In this document: positions 61,437 through 64,000 of the stretch, in pieces | Position numbering within the stretch: position 1 is the first letter of the stretch | How the letters are laid out: the number at the start of each line of letters is the position of its first letter | From: an uncultured Acidobacteriaceae bacterium | GTDB lineage: Bacteria > Acidobacteriota > Terriglobia > Terriglobales > Acidobacteriaceae | Direction of reading: 5' to 3' | NCBI GenBank assembly: GCA_963826855.1 | Contig: CAWGZE010000015.1 | Coordinates: 37,174-101,173 of the forward strand | DNA length: 64,000 nucleotides | Program-made: the position numbers and the translations under genes | The notes under the pieces: generated by a model | The model's database searches: none | Told to the model about the DNA's origin: nothing | What the model saw: only the letters and a program-made list of their open reading frames with translations

Positions 61437-61483
61437 ACGGAACCATTAGGGCAGCTTGTTTTGGCGTAAGGAGGCGGCCTGCG

Positions 61484-63031
61484 ATGATGCGCGGATTTTG
61501 GTTCGGAGGTGGATCAGTCGAGGAGTTGGCTGGGCTAGGGAAAATCCTGGATGGCCCGGCGCCAGACCCATTCCCGTCGACGATGGGAGCTTTTCTGGCG
61601 GGGGCTTTGCTGTGGGTACGCGACCGGCGGGGAAAGCAGGTGAGGCTCGCACCGAACCGGGCGCAGCTAGAGTACGAGCGCAGGCGGGGCCAGTCGAATA
61701 TCGTCCTCAAGGCGCGTCAGATGGGCATTAGTACCTGGGTGGCGGGCCGGTTTTTCCTCAAGACAATCACCCAGCCGGGCACCCTGACGGTGCAAGTGGC
61801 GCATACCCAGGCTGCGGCAGAGGGGATATTCCGCTGCGTCCACCGCTTTCTGCGGCGGTTGCCTGCGCCTTGGCGCTGTGGGGCGCTACGGACGGGGCGG
61901 GCGAGCGTGCGGCAAATCGTCTTTCCGGCGCTGGACAGCGAATACCGGGTGGAGACCGCCGGGGACCGGAACGCGGGACGCGGGGCGACGATCCAGAACC
62001 TGCACTGCTCGGAGGTAGCACGCTGGCGGGGCGACGCACAGGAGACGCTGGCCGGCCTTCGGGCGGCGTTGCCGGCCACCGGGGAGTTGGTGCTAGAGTC
62101 GACACCCAATGGGGCCGACGGATGTTTTTTCGAGGAATGGCAGAGGGCCACGACTGTGGCGGGCGGGGGAAACCTGGTCGGGCATTTTTTTCCCTGGTGG
62201 TGGGAGCCAGAATATGCCACCGAGGAAGTGGGGGAAGCAGACTGGACAGACGAGGAGCGCGAACTTGTCGCGAACCATGGGCTGAGCGGCAGACAGATCG
62301 GCTTCCGCCGTCGCATGGAGGCAGGATTTCGCGGGCTGGCGCGTCAGGAGTACGCCGAGGACGCAGACACCTGTTTTCTCGCGAGCGGCGCCTGTGTTTT
62401 TGATCTGGCAATGCTGGATGCCAGGCTTAAGTCTCTGGGCGAGGCTCCGGTCCGTCGGGACGGCGGAGAGTTTCTAGTGTGGAACCCTCCGATTTCAGGG
62501 CATGACTATCTAGTGGCGGTGGATCCGTCGGGCGGCGGTTCGGAAGGAGACTATTCGGCCGCCCAGGTTCTCGATATGGCGACCGGCTTGCAGTGCGCCG
62601 AGCTGCAGGCGAGACTCGGGACGCTCGATTTGGCCCAGCGAGTCGCCGGGCTGGGCCACGAGTACGGCACCGCCTGGCTTGTGGTAGAACGCAACAATCA
62701 CGGCTCCGGGGTGCTGGCGTATCTGAAGAGCGTCTACCGCTATCCGCGAGTGCTTGAGCAGGAGGGGCAAGAGGGCTGGCTGACTTCCTCGCTGTCGCGT
62801 CCGGCAATGATCGGGAAGCTGGCGGCGGCGCTGGTGGAGAAGCCTAACATCTTCCAAAGCCGCCGGCTCTTGAAGGAGTGCCGGAGCTTTGTTCGGCTTC
62901 GCAATGGACGGACTGAAGCTCAGTCCGGTGCGCACGACGACTGTGTGATGGCAATGGCGATCGCCCTGAGCGCGCGGGAGGAGTTGCTGATCAAGACAAA
63001 AGTATCGCGCTCAAGTTGCGAATGGAGATAG
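61484..63031 (+). CDS. phage terminase large subunit
   Basis: Walker A KARQMGIST, Walker B LHCSE, ESTPNG, nuclease VDPSGG, VERNN, HDDCVMA; AAGGAGG RBS. Confidence 0.93.
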   Translation: MMRGFWFGGGSVEELAGLGKILDGPAPDPFPSTMGAFLAGALLWVRDRRGKQVRLAPNRAQLEYERRRGQSNIVLKARQMGISTWVAGRFFLKTITQPGTLTVQVAHTQAAAEGIFRCVHRFLRRLPAPWRCGALRTGRASVRQIVFPALDSEYRVETAGDRNAGRGATIQNLHCSEVARWRGDAQETLAGLRAALPATGELVLESTPNGADGCFFEEWQRATTVAGGGNLVGHFFPWWWEPEYATEEVGEADWTDEERELVANHGLSGRQIGFRRRMEAGFRGLARQEYAEDADTCFLASGACVFDLAMLDARLKSLGEAPVRRDGGEFLVWNPPISGHDYLVAVDPSGGGSEGDYSAAQVLDMATGLQCAELQARLGTLDLAQRVAGLGHEYGTAWLVVERNNHGSGVLAYLKSVYRYPRVLEQEGQEGWLTSSLSRPAMIGKLAAALVEKPNIFQSRRLLKECRSFVRLRNGRTEAQSGAHDDCVMAMAIALSAREELLIKTKVSRSSCEWR

Positions 63032-63090
63032 AATCGTGGCACTCTTCCCCAGCATTGCGGCTCGGTTGCGGATTCACCCTTGGAGGCAGG

Positions 63091-63968
63091 TTGACGGTCA
63101 TCGCGGTGCAGCAGGTTCGCCGGATGCGTGGCGGCGCGCAGAGCCATTTGATGCTCGGCGCCGACGACAATCTGTACGTGGTGAAGTTCCAGAACAATCC
63201 ACAGCATCTGCGGGTGCTGGCGAACGAACTGTTGGCGACTCGGTTGGCAGAAGCGGTGGGATTAACAGTGCCAAGATGCGAAGTGATCGAGGTCAGCTCG
63301 TGGTTGATCGAGAACACCGGTGAACTGGACATGGAGCTGGGACGCGGGCGGGAGCGATGCCGCCCGGGCCTGCAGTTCGGCTCACGCTTCGTCGGCGGAC
63401 TCATGCCTGGGCAGGTGACGGATTATCTGCCCGAAGAGATGCTGCTCGAGGGTGCGGAACTTAAGCGAGTTCGCAGGGATCCTAGCGCTCGACAAATGGA
63501 CGGGGAACGTAAACGGACGGCAGGCGGTTTTCTCGAAGCGGAGCCGAGAGCGGCGGTATGTTGCCACCTTCATCGACCAGGGTTACTGCTTCAATGCCGG
63601 GGAGTGGAGGTTCGCCGACGCGCCGCTTCGTGGCATCTTCGGCCGGAACGCAGTCTATCACGCGGTGTCCGGATGGGAAAGCTTTGAACCCTGGCTGGGC
63701 CGGATCGAAACGATCCCCCCCCGAAAAAATATGGTCCATTGCCGAGACAATACCGCCGGAATGGTACGGCGGCGAACTCGAGGCGCTTGAACGACTCGTG
63801 GAAATACTCATCCTGCGCCGTGGGCGAGTGCGGGAATTGATCGAAGAGTTTCGGGAAAGCGATCGGAGGCCGTTTCCAAAATGGACGGACCCCGGGCAAA
63901 TGATGAGAGACTCCGGCGTGTTTGCGCCGGTGTGGCCGGAGAATAGAGCGAGCAGATTGATTATGTAG
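63091..63968 (+). CDS. HipA-like kinase (frameshifts near 63450 and 63720)
   Basis: MRGGAQSH, YVVKF, LANE, DKWTGN, FIDQGYCF across three frames; breaks at G and C homopolymers. Confidence 0.8.
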
Positions 63969-64000
63969 CCAATCCGCTCAAGGGAGCATAAACTGGCGGT

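Overview
GC-rich bacterial DNA whose gene content and order look acidobacterial (my impression from the gene families, not a database result). The left ~40 kb is an accessory mosaic. It holds two orphan tRNA-Val 3' halves (CAC at 7372, GAC at 32549) with homologous att-arm-like flanks, a truncated tyrosine integrase, and an IS3 element interrupted by a complete group II intron. A second, 3'-truncated intron copy and a decayed TrbB/CpaF-type ATPase are also present. Cargo includes a Ser/Thr kinase, a ferritin-like/DUF917 operon, secreted fibre proteins, two-component genes, GT4/GH130, DyP/catalase-like genes and a sulfatase. 40-53.6 kb is housekeeping (fbp, IlvD/Edd dehydratase and SDR, asparaginase, Phd-VapC, greA, carD, ruvX, mltG). 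From 53.8 kb to the end lies a phage-like module with no visible integrase. It comprises an apparently non-cleavable XRE/S24 repressor, a structured leader RNA, Zn-finger and sigma4-like regulators, a promoter-proximal terminator, a possible small terminase, a signal-peptide-bearing double tailspike, a large terminase and a HipA-like kinase. This is my best candidate for an undescribed domesticated-phage or gene transfer agent (GTA)-like system. Several single-base indels (notably in ruvX) suggest assembly errors, so pseudogene calls based on them are tentative.
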